A stretch of 53,596 nucleotides of DNA, the filler included, from Catajapyx aquilonaris (taxonomy: Eukaryota): assembly GCA_000934665.2 (NCBI GenBank). It is 2 parts of 2 records of this genome, joined end to end, with 100 filler letters (N's around TTAATTAATTAA, not from the genome) between each part and the next. Parts side by side here need not be neighbours in the genome. Positions count along the whole stretch, not along the records: positions 1 to 26,889 come from JYFJ02005179.1; 1 more part is not named here. One strand, written 5' to 3'. Shown here in pieces: positions 1 through 9,722 of the stretch. Within the stretch, counting starts at the first letter, position 1; every line of letters begins with the position of its first letter. Under the pieces are notes generated by a model. The model was given only the letters and a program-made list of their open reading frames with translations. It did no database searches and was not told where the DNA came from. Made by a program: the position numbers and the translations under genes.

Positions 1-169
1 CATGAGCAATGGCCAAGTTACAGCAAGAGAAATTCCATTAAAATCTTTCGATGATTAAACTTAAGGTCGACCTGGAAAAATAAAGTCAGTGGTTTAGGTT
101 GAAGAAGTTCGGAATGCCAGTAATTGACAACGACGTTGAACTTGGCCGTATTTCAGATCTCACCACTTT

Positions 170-937
170 TTACGGCCAAGCAGTCAGGAGAACTTGGCCT
201 TTTTTTACTGAAAGGTTTTTGGTGGGATTGAACCTGTCTTCAATGCCCAGATAGTACGAAAGAACACGCCAAGTGTGCAAATGGTCCTCGAAATCTTTCT
301 TTGTTGCGCCGTGGAGTCCCAACTTCTTTGAACATGTGACCGCATCTATTAGAATCCCTGTGACCACAGTCAGAGAGTCAAACTGACTCTGGTACATGAC
401 ATCAGATGGATATGGGAACTGGTACACTTCATGTCCTTTGTTCGTCACTTCCTTATTGATGGCTTTCCACAGAACACACTTTTTCACCACTTCTGGTAGA
501 AGAGTTGGGTTGTCCCTGCTGGTGACCACCTTGTCCCAGTGCTTGTTGGCGTACATTCCCATCCAGGAGTGAATCTTCTGGAGCTTAACCATACTCTTGT
601 AGCAGTTACTTTCAGGATCCCACAGGTCACCGTTCATCCAAACTATACCATACTGTTGGATGTCCGCAATGCGTTTGGCGCACCCAGAAGTGGTCTCGAA
701 CTTACGGTTGAAGACGAGTACTTTTTGACAAAGCTCGTTGACGAAGGAACAGGCGATTGCGAAGAAGTAGGACATGGAAAAAGGAAGGAGGTGTCTCCAG
801 AAGAACTTCTGACCTCTTCTGAATTTTTCTTTGTCCACCCATTCCGGAGGAGGGTCTGTCATGGAAGGCGTGTCGAGACCAGGGATGGTCATTGCCAACG
901 ACCACTTCTTGACCAGCTTCTCCGGAATGATGGTCAT
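170..937 (-). pseudogene. 3'-truncated paralog (copy A) of the DUF2236/MpaB'-like oxygenase
   Basis: Colinear with copy B at an offset of 4128 nt, roughly 90% identical outside one identical tract. Homology stops abruptly at ~225 (after ...DRFNP), then 17 unrelated codons lead to a stop. It lacks the last ~126 aa of copy B. There is no stop or frameshift in the homologous part, and the TATA box is intact. Confidence 0.7.
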
Positions 938-994
938 CTTTAGCTGCTTCTTGATGGAGAGGTGCACCACAAGTGTTTAATTTTTCTCTGCGTC

Positions 995-1003
995 CTTTTT
1001 ATA
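995..1003 (-). promoter_or_regulatory. TATA box (TATAAAAAG) of oxygenase copy A
   Basis: Same motif and same spacing to the ATG (937) as in copy B. Confidence 0.55.
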
Positions 1004-1564
1004 CAATATATTGCTGGGCATTGACCGAGGATTGCAAAGTCGTCATTCTACGTCATCATTTGACGTGGAAAGCTAATATCTGCTTTAAATTTTTTTACAT
1101 AATATGCCTTTGCCCTCTTCTTCCAAGAAAAAGGATGTGTAAAAAGTTGACTGATGCACATGTATTATTTTCTCAAGGGCAAATCACTGTTACGCAATCA
1201 TAAGTCCGAACTATTTACAGACACAACATTGACGTACTGTATTTCATTTCACTCCGGAACATGTTACAAATTTGATTGTTTTTTAGAGGCGCATATTAGA
1301 TTTATCTTTAATGACCCAACAATTAACCAAAAATTGACCAAATAAATTAAGCATTTTAATGAAACGAGATAATATCGGCAATTGTCATATACCAGGTGTG
1401 ATATTTTCCATTAGTGTCATACTACATTTGACCAGTTATTCTAATGACAATTACAAATAAATTTTCCAGATTTTTAAAAACTATTTTGGAAACAGCAAAT
1501 CCCAAGAGCAATGAAATTTTTAATAATATCATGATATTATTATTAATTTAATCATTGTGCAGTA

Positions 1565-1750
1565 CACTGTACTCCCGATTATCCGGGCTAATGGCTGCAC
1601 GGATGTCGCCGGATAATCTGAAACACGGATAATAGGAAATTGGTCCTAGATACCATAAAATGAGCTATTCACACATTTTAAATGCTGAACGACTGTACAT
1701 ACTGTATCTGCTAAGATTTAATCAAAATTAAAACAAATTCCGTAGATTTT
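1565..1750 (+). mobile_element. Left-end fragment of a Tc1/mariner-pogo-like MITE (same family as 21155-21771)
   Basis: TA followed by CACTGTACTCCCGATTATCCG, with repeated CGGATAAT motifs. About 150 bp aligns to 21155-21300. It lies inside the copy-A-specific insertion. Right boundary approximate. Confidence 0.65.
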
Positions 1751-3117
1751 TAGTTTGTATTATGGAAAAAGTCTGTCAGCAACCGGGTTACGCAACCGGG
1801 TTACTATACTGTATAGCAACCACGGTAACCCCTACTCTGGTTACCATATTGGCAAAATGTTACAATCTTACTTTTCCTGTGGGAAGAACAGGTATCCTGC
1901 TTTATATTACATTACATAACATTACAATGTATTTGATCTGATCTTATTATATAATAACTTAATATACGATCAGTAGTTTTCAATTTCAGGTTTTCATTGC
2001 AATTTTTTGCGTACGGCACATTCCAAGGGCAGCTTCGGTCAGTGGGTTCTGATTCCAATGTCATTTTTTTTGTTACTTAAGAAAGGATTAGTTTGTAAAT
2101 CCCAAGGTCTGATTACAGCACCTTAACAATAATTATAGGTACACGATATGTACAATATTTTTTGCTTATACTGCAAGAAATCTGACTAATCATGACAATT
2201 TTAAGTTCTCAACATTCATTATTCTCGACAAAACATTAGGATCGATTTGGATTAGCCTATCCTTTATTTGCATATCTACCATTTGAAGGTATATTACGTC
2301 AGGAACATTATAATACATGCTGTCATAAAATTGCTTAAAATGTTGGTTTTTTTTAACGCAACTACAAATTCCGACAAATTCACCAGTTTCACCATAGATG
2401 GCCATAATGCATTGGGCCCATGTGTGTACGTGTGAAAATCCGCCACACTAACTCCAACTGATATTTTCCAACACATTTATGAAAAAAAAGTACATACGAT
2501 ACGACGGTTTATATAGGGACGGTTTGGGTGGTTCCATTTCAGATCAGCCATGGAGTGAAAAATTGTGTCATGATATAGTCATCGATTTTTTTGAAAAAAA
2601 TATATGTGAAACCCACATCCAATTGAACTCTCATGGAGCAATCAGTTTTACGAAATTAAATTTAGGTATCGAGATATTAATATTTCTCTTAAGGGGTACC
2701 AAAATAACCTTCACGGGAAGGTGCACTTTTTCCATTGCTTTCAATGAGTATATTTCGGGAACTGTTCTGAAAACCAACATGAAACCAACTCTGTTTAAAA
2801 TTAATTTTAAAGTAAGATCATTTTTCTACGAAAAGAGGTGTCCAATGTTGCAATGATGGTAAAAATCATTATTATAAAATTAATGAATGAAGAGTGGAAA
2901 AACTTTGTTATATTTTACAACATGGTTTGGCAACATGTTTTTTAAAAAGCACAAAAAAAATGATTGGAAAATGATATCGAAAAACATTTATTTTCAACAA
3001 TTATATTCCAGCTGTACATAGCATTTATCCCACAATAATGACCGTGCATCTAATTTCAAGGACATTTTTTGTTCATGCTCAAGGTCTGATGTTACACTGT
3101 TGTGACACGTGATGAGA

Positions 3118-4211
3118 AAATTAAACTATGCAACAAAAATAATCTCAGGGAAACTTATAGGATATAAAATATGATTACAATGTATTCATGACAAATTATG
3201 AAACGAAATATTGCGCCCTTAATTAATGAAGTAATTTATAGCTGATATTATTAATATTTAATATTTGTATCAGCACATATTACAAAAAATCACCATAATA
3301 ACAAAAAGTCGGCATTGTTTAATGAAAAAATAATTATGCAGTAATTTGTTACATCGGAGAAATTTCACAATTTACGCAATATTTTGCAGAAAATTTTCAG
3401 GATATAATCACTGACATAAAAACTACTCAAATTCTCTAATGAGATTTCTCCGAATTCTTCATTATAAATTTAGGCAGTTTGAAATCTTGAAGTGCCCATT
3501 TCATTAGGCGATTGAATACATACCGAACAGCAGACAAGCGCATGACGATAAATGTCATAAACTGGACCCATGCAAACTTCACCTTGCTATACCACTTCAA
3601 ACTTTTTACAGTTTCTGGTAAATCAAGATCCAGAATCCACCCAATGAACATAAAAAGAAATTCACTAGACAAAAGGTAAGTCGTAAATTAAACTCCGCAA
3701 CAAAAATAAACTCAGGGAGACGTATAGGATATAAAATATGATTACAATGTATTCATGACAAATGACGAAACAAAATATGACGCCCATCATTATGAAGTAA
3801 TTTATCGCTGATCTTATGAATAGTATCGGCAATTTTCATTGCACGTATAAAATTTTCCTATTTGTCTCAGACTGTTTTACCAGTTATCATTCTGGCAAGG
3901 TAAATTTTCAGGCAATAATCACTGACATAATCACGAGTTAATAAGGAATATTTAAAACTACTCAAATTCTCTAATGAGATTTCTCCGGATTCTTCGACAG
4001 TTTGAAGTCTTGAAGGAACGATTTCACCAGGCGATTGCATACATACCGAGCAGCAGACAAGCGCATGGCGATAAATGTCATAAACCGGACCAAGGCAAAC
4101 AACACTTTGTTATACCACTTCAAACTTTTTGCAGTTTCTGGTAAATCAAGATCTAGAATCCACCCGAAGAACATAAAAAGAATTTCACTAGACAAAAGGT
4201 AAGTCGTAAAT
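3118..4211. repeat. Tandem duplication of gene 3' end plus 3' flank (units 3118-3688 and 3685-4211)
   Basis: The string tataggatataaaatatgattacaatgtattcatgacaaat occurs at ~3156 and ~3723. The string aaaactactcaaattctctaatgagatttctcc precedes both stop codons on the + strand. Confidence 0.9.
3436..3688 (-). pseudogene. Orphan C-terminal fragment (~84 codons) of the same oxygenase family
   Basis: Matches 3971-4211 (FTTYLLSSE...EKSH*) with many amino-acid changes and a 12-nt in-frame indel. It is joined at 3685-3688 (AAAT) directly to the 3' flank of copy B and has no ATG start or promoter of its own. Confidence 0.8.
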
Positions 4212-5065
4212 GGCGCAATTAACTGAAAAGCTTTGATATGCAGCCTGATAGCGTACTCATTGTCTCGTGTCAAAGTGTACATCGCCGGTATGACAAAAGC
4301 TGATTTGTAGTGTTCCATGTACTCCCTGACATCTTCCAGATTTCCAACGAAAGGATTGAATCTGTCCTGAATGCCCAGATAGTACGAAAGTACTCGCCAA
4401 GTGTGCAGATGGTCCTCGAAATCTTCCTTCGTTGCACCGTGGAGTCCCAATTTCTTTGAACATGTGACCGCATTTATTAGAATCGCTGTGACCACAGTCA
4501 GAGAATCAAACTGACTCTGGTACATGACATCAGATGGATATGGGAACTGGTACACTTCATGTCCTTTGTTCGTCACTTCCTTATTGATGGCTTTCCACAG
4601 AACACACTTTTTCACCACTTCTGGTAGAAGAGTTGGGTTGTCCCTGCTGGTGACCACCTTGTCCCAGTGCTTGTTGGCGTACATTCCCATCCAGGAGTGA
4701 ATCTTCTGGAGCTTAACCATACTCTTGTAGCAGTTATTTTCGGGATCCCACAGGTCACCTTTCATCCAATTAATGCCATACTGTTGGATGTCCACAATGC
4801 GTTTGGCACACCCAGAAGTGGTCTCGAACTTACGGTTGAAGACGAGCACTTTTTGACAGAGCTCGTTGATGAAGGAACCGGCGATTGCGAAGAAGTAGGA
4901 TATGGCAAAAGGAAGGCAGTGTTTCCAGAAGAACTTCTGACCTCTCCTGAATTTTTCTTTGTCCACCCAGGCAGGAGGAGGGTCTGTCATAGAAGGGGTG
5001 TCGAGACCAGGGATGGTCATTGCCAACGACCACTTCTTGACCAGCTTTTCCGGAATGTTGGTCAT
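3971..5065 (-). CDS. Intronless DUF2236 / ER-bound oxygenase MpaB'-Lcp (rubber oxygenase) catalytic-domain protein, arthropod type; complete copy B, 364 aa from the first ATG
   Basis: The ORF is uninterrupted. The track opens it at a GTG (5098); the first in-frame ATG is at 5065. Motifs PPxWVDKEKFRRGQKFF, KR..., K.H, SQFD and EDHLHTWRVLSYYLGIxDRFN match my recollection of this family. An Arg and a His sit 34 residues apart, as for Lcp Arg164/His198. The C-terminal region is hydrophobic, and a TATA box lies 66 nt upstream. Family assigned by motif recognition, not by HMM search. Confidence 0.85.
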   Translation of the reverse strand: MTNIPEKLVKKWSLAMTIPGLDTPSMTDPPPAWVDKEKFRRGQKFFWKHCLPFAISYFFAIAGSFINELCQKVLVFNRKFETTSGCAKRIVDIQQYGINWMKGDLWDPENNCYKSMVKLQKIHSWMGMYANKHWDKVVTSRDNPTLLPEVVKKCVLWKAINKEVTNKGHEVYQFPYPSDVMYQSQFDSLTVVTAILINAVTCSKKLGLHGATKEDFEDHLHTWRVLSYYLGIQDRFNPFVGNLEDVREYMEHYKSAFVIPAMYTLTRDNEYAIRLHIKAFQLIAPFTTYLLSSEILFMFFGWILDLDLPETAKSLKWYNKVLFALVRFMTFIAMRLSAARYVCNRLVKSFLQDFKLSKNPEKSH

Positions 5066-5122
5066 CTTTAGCTGCTTCTTGATGGAGAGTTGCACCACAA
5101 GTGTTTAATTTTTCTTTCCGTC

Positions 5123-5131
5123 CTTTTTATA
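5123..5131 (-). promoter_or_regulatory. TATA box (TATAAAAAG) of oxygenase copy B
   Basis: Canonical TATA box 66 nt upstream of the first ATG, conserved at the same spacing in copy A. Confidence 0.6.
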
Positions 5132-5135
5132 CAAG

Positions 5136-5180
5136 TCTTCGGTCAATGCCCAGCAATTATTGCTTGGCATTGACCGAGGA
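5136..5180. repeat. Inverted repeat with 21-bp arms immediately upstream of the copy B TATA box
   Basis: tcttcggtcaatgcccagcaa ... ttgcttggcattgaccgagga, 2 mismatches, 3-nt loop. Only one arm exists in copy A (~1010-1031). Confidence 0.85.
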
Positions 5181-6946
5181 CAAAAATAAGTGGGCAATGT
5201 TTCCTGCAAAGTGAATGTGAAGTTGTCATTATACGTCATCATTCTACGTGGAAAACAAATTGCAATTTAAAAAAAAAATCCTTATATGCCTTTGACCCCC
5301 TTCCAAGAAATTCCCACATGGGTAAAACCCTAAAAAACTAATACGCATATAAGCTATATAAGGAAATATTGGCTCGTTCTTTTGTTCCTTAAAAAAGAAT
5401 GTGTAAAAAAAAGTTCAAGGTGAAACCGTAATGATGCCTGATCCACATGCATTAGTATCTCAAGGTAAAATCACTGATAATCATATGTCCGAACTATTTA
5501 CAGACGCAACATTGACGTAGTACATTTCACTCCTGAACATGTTAAGACTGTTATTTTGAGGCACATATTAGATTTATCTTTAATGACCCATATGAAAACA
5601 TAAAGCATTTTAATAAAACGAGATAATATCAGTAATTGTCATTCCAGGTGTGATATTTTCCATTAGTGACATACTACAATTGACCAGTTATTCTAATGAC
5701 GTCGGCGACCTTTTCTATGTCAGGAACATCATAATACTATGATGTCATAAAATTGATTCTCATTTACACGCAACTACAAATTCCGACAAATTCACCACTT
5801 TCTCCATAGATGGCCATAATGCATTGGACCCATTTGTGTACTGCACACCCTCGTGTGAGAATCCGCCACACTAACTCCAACCGATATTTTCCACCGCATT
5901 TATGGAAAAAATACGTACGGTACTGTATAATCATTATCTTGCATTATATGTAGGTTATATATTGCTCTAACATAATTGAATGAGAAATTCAACAAAATGG
6001 ACCAAAATATCTGGTGTCTTCAAGAATGTAAATGCCAACAATTATTAGACCGGAAATTGCAATAATGCATAATAAATTATTTATTGGCCGACACCATTTA
6101 ATTTTAAACATAAACTTGTAATTATAAATATAAAATGGAGCAGATTTTTCAGCGGAAAATATAACAAAAAAATTATATTCACTAAAACGACTTAAGCACA
6201 GTAAACCTCCGACGCTCCTTATCAGTAATTAATCTATCTGCAGAATCGCCCAAAAATCCTACCAGGAAGTCCCAAAAAAACGCTGCGAGTCAAGNAAAAA
6301 AAAAAAAACTGAAGTAAAAAAAAAGTCTGATGGCGACAAAAACGGGTAGAGTCGGAATAGAGTTGGCGGTTGGGCAGAAATGTCCCAGGCAGCCAATCTC
6401 ATCGGTTTGGACGTCCAATTCCACCTTGGCCCCCCGTCATCGTCCCGGAAAATATCCGCCTTCGTCCGGATGATTTTTCTTCCCGCCGGCTCCTCCTGTA
6501 TTAACTTTCAGAAGACTTGGACTTCTCTTCCTTTTGGTACAGAAAGCATCCACGACTTTGGAAGGTGGTATGTCCATTTTGGTACCTGTCAAAATCCTTC
6601 TGCTGATACCACGGATGGAGAGCCTCGGAATCAAGACAACTCTATAACTCATTGCGTGCAGGCGCTGGCAATTCATTGGAAAGGTTTGTTGCCAGAAGGA
6701 GGATCAAGGAGGATCATGACTTCTATATTGTGGTTAGTATGGTGCTATGTGATAGTCGAAAAATGTTTCTAAATATTGGCACAATAATATCTAAAAATAA
6801 TAAAAAAATTATGGAAATATTCAAACAACAACACCAACATCACGACAATTCCCAAATATACAGATTCCACTTCCAGACGTCGCGTCGCGTCGTAGAGGGC
6901 TGGGAGACGGCTCGTTGGAAAGCTCTCGTCAATTATATACATCAAT

Positions 6947-7291
6947 CGGGGAGGTGTGGTGGCCGTGATGGTAACGTCACGGCTTGCTGTGTGAAAGGCC
7001 CCAGGTTCGATCCCCGCCTAGGGAACTTTCCTTTCACCTGCGTCGGGAGGGTCTCTCACCTGCACCAAGGAGGTGTCTGGCAACCTAACCTCCTGGGGAA
7101 CTGCACATGACCCGTTTTCAGACGTGCACCTTGCACCCATGTTCCCTCCCCAAAAATCCCCTATCCCTTCCCCATGTCCTTTCATCCTTGCACCGGAGTG
7201 AAGAAGAAAAAATAGAAAATTGAAGAAAATGGTGGTATCCCACCCCCCTATAAGGACCCATGGCCCTAGCACGGGGTAACGTAAAAATATA
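6947..7291 (+). mobile_element. tRNA-derived SINE (family 1)
   Basis: A-box-like TGGCCGTGATGG and B-box GGTTCGATCCC. 13-bp target-site duplication (TSD) tatatacatcaat at 6934-6946 and 7292-7304. 3' module ...GCCCTAGCACGGGGTA followed by an A/TA-rich tail. Confidence 0.85.
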
Positions 7292-7338
7292 TATATACAT
7301 CAATGTAATATATACCACTTATATACTTATATATACTT

Positions 7339-7663
7339 TTTTTTATTGTACCCCGTTGGGAGTTAACTTCCATTAGGGGGGTGGAATTACCACCATTTGG
7401 GTGGAACTGGTGTACTGTGTGATAGTACTTAGTGTGTTCCAAGGGTAGGTAGGAGGGGATGTGCGAAGTGCGTGTGCACAGACGTTGTATTTGCCGTTTT
7501 GTGAACTCCCCCGGGTGGCTTATGTGCAAGGATCGCCACCCGAAACGAAGCCAGAGACGGTCTCACTCTGCACGAAAGAAGGTGGGACCCCGGGTGGGGA
7601 TTGAACCCGGGACCTTAACTTCCGTGGGCGCACGCGTTACCACGGCGCCACTCCGTCTCCCAA
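7339..7663 (-). mobile_element. tRNA-derived SINE (family 2)
   Basis: Minus strand has A-box-like TGGCGCCGTGG, B-box GGTTCAATCCC and ends ...CCCAACGGGGTACAATAAAAAAAA. 16-bp TSD atacttatatatactt at 7323-7338 and 7664-7679. Confidence 0.85.
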
Positions 7664-7755
7664 ATACTTATATATACTTCCACATCCCTATATTAGTTTT
7701 GCGAGTCCTATCAGGCTACCTGGCCACTTTCCACGAGTTTTTGAGCACCCTGTAT

Positions 7756-8386
7756 AAAGCCCCAATCCGAGGAGGAGGAGGATATAGGATGGAACAGATT
7801 TCGCACTTCCCGAGGTCGTAGAGCTCTGGTCGAAATTCCGTTGGATTTCTTGCCACCGGTTTAGCAATGCCAAAAATCCTCAAAATCGCAACATTTTGCG
7901 ATTTTGATGATATTTGGCCAGCCGTTTTGGACTTGGCAAAAAGTCGACTTTTGCACGTGCCAGCTTGTCCATCAGCTCCTCATTAAGCCGCCAGAGAACA
8001 ATAGCCCCTCTCCGGCGCTCCCTCCCCCCATCTGCTCACAATCTGGATCTACTCTAATCCCATCTCAGTGCCTCTTCTCACCATACGTCAGCTAGGGCGC
8101 ATTCTCCTACTCCACACCTTTCGCGATGATGTCACGGGTTCTATAAACGGATGCCACCCCGTTCCCACCGATTTTTGCGTAAAAAGACTTGCTCTGCTCG
8201 CATCGGAGAGTGGGGTATAAGTGTAAGGCGGCCGGGTGCACTGGGCCTCGGAGAGTTACGGAGACCGAGGAGGACCTGCGCGGGAGCGGACCAATTCGCG
8301 CCGCAGGCGCGCAAGTGGGGCGCAGCCCCACGGGGGGGGGGGGGGGAGTGTGGGGGGGCGAAGCCCCCCGCCTCGCAAAGCGAGTC
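7756..8386 (+). mobile_element. Possible non-autonomous Helitron/Helentron-like element (tentative)
   Basis: GC-rich island ending in stacked hairpins (cgcgccgcaggcgcg, ggggcgcagcccc, ggggggcgaagcccccc, ctcgcaaagcgag) of the kind seen at rolling-circle element 3' ends. No canonical CTAG terminus and no second copy in the window. Confidence 0.35.
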
Positions 8387-9407
8387 AATAATATACAGGG
8401 TGTTCCACTGATATCGTATTGATGTATTATACTACAGCAATTAGCTAAATTTGCCCCTAATTTGCTCAACTCTGTCTATTAAAATGGGTTCCTCCCCCCC
8501 CCCCCCCAAATCACTGAACCATCACATTTTTCAGAACATTTGTCTGCAGTGCCTGCAGACCAAAGTTATAAAGAGTCAGGCCAGCAGTCCCTTGGTGATT
8601 CCGGCGCCATCCTCGTCATTAAAACAAAGCGTAGTTCCACCCCCCTAGTTCCAATATAACCCTTCTAGGGCAGCAGCATCTCGCCAGACAAAAGCTATAT
8701 CCTCCTCCCAACCCCCTACTTTCAACTCACTAGCTTTTCTCAGGGAATTGCAAAGAGATAAAGGCCGCCTATTACCCCAGCGGAAAGAGCTAGAAGGAAA
8801 GAAAAAACGTAGATGTTAATTGCGCTTTAATTCCGTGTAAGACGCTCTAAAACGCTATTCCAAAATCTCAGACAAAAAAAAAAAGTCTGAAAAACCGCAT
8901 TGCCATCAGTCCAGGTGTGCTTTGCATTTGGCCCATCATGGCCCCCCTAGTTTCCGATCACGTTTCCTTAATTTGCACTTAATTTCCTCTCGAATGCACC
9001 TTTCCTGGAAACGGAACGTTCCAGATTCTCAAGAAGAAGGAACGTTCCTTTCAAGCCGTTAGACTAGCTTTTAACAAGTGTGGTTATTAATTAATCGCAG
9101 AGTCTGCTGGAGAGGAGTTTGCCTTTAAAAGGTAGGGGAGAACTTGATTGGTTCACCGAAACATGGAGGATATCAAAGAGGGAAGTTTGGAGGACCAATA
9201 ATCCTGAATTTTGTACCAGTTGTGAAGGGATTTCTATGGATTGCTAGGATTAGCAGGTTTGGTTGTTAAAGGTGAGGTTCCAGCGAGGGGTTAGTCACTT
9301 ACGAAGTCCTTCGTACACGGAGACTGAAGTCCGTCGTACACTATGGTATCAAGTGCCTAACAGCTTCATGAGGTCATACGTATGGTAGAGGCTATATTTA
9401 TAATATA

Positions 9408-9722
9408 CTAGCTGCGGCACCCGGCGTTGCCCGGGAAGAAATGAATGAAGGGAAGACACCTGCCAGTAGCCCCGTCAACTGTCAGTCTTTCTGTCTGTCC
9501 GCCCACTAATGCCATCTGTGGTCCTGCTACTCCAACACCTTCAACCTCTCCAGCCTGTATAACGGCAACCGTCATTTGCCTGCCATCTGTAGTCAACCCC
9601 CAACACCTCCATCCTCTCCCGGCCTGGGGGTGGAGCACAGATGGCAGGCAAATGACGGTTGGCAGGCGGACAGACAGACAGAGACAGACAGACAGACTCA
9701 CAAACGGCTTTATTTATATAGA
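9408..9722 (-). mobile_element. Non-autonomous Helitron
   Basis: Minus strand begins 5'-TCTATATAAATAAA, carries a (GTCT)n microsatellite, and ends with hairpin CCCGGGCAACGCCGGG plus ...CTAG followed by T. No TSD. Confidence 0.8.

Larger units (their letters stand above)
225..2500. repeat. Segmental duplication unit (gene 5' part plus upstream region), partner of 4353-5925
   Basis: 971-1448 aligns to 5099-5700 and ~2297-2500 aligns to ~5718-5925. Copy A carries about 0.84 kb of extra sequence at ~1450-2295. Confidence 0.9.

Noticed and set aside
1..208. Possible intron 208-72 (minus strand; GTAAAA...ctgactttatttttccAG) that would let copy A continue
   Set aside because: The in-frame spliced product (VDLKFNHRKILMEFLLL*) stops after 17 codons and does not resemble copy B. 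The other frames also close within 71 nt.
3971..3995. C-terminal ...KNPEKSH as a dilysine ER-retrieval signal
   Set aside because: There is a Lys at -3 but none at -4 or -5, so it fits neither KKxx nor KxKxx.
539..5071. Plus-strand ORFs 539-943 and 4667-5071 and short alternate-frame ORFs over the oxygenase genes
   Set aside because: These are antisense or off-frame shadows, duplicated only because the real genes are duplicated.
6380..7110. ORFs 6380-6772, 6437-6676 and 6652-7110 as genes or a transposase remnant
   Set aside because: No recognisable domain in any frame, and the last ORF runs into a SINE.
6947..7663. tRNA genes suggested by A and B boxes
   Set aside because: No complete cloverleaf or acceptor stem. 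The long 3' bodies, tails and TSDs identify them as SINEs.
7745..8420. CACCCTGTA (~7746) and TACAGGGTG (~8394) as TIRs of one Tc1 element
   Set aside because: They face outward and diverge after ~9 bp. At most they are orphan ends of separate elements.
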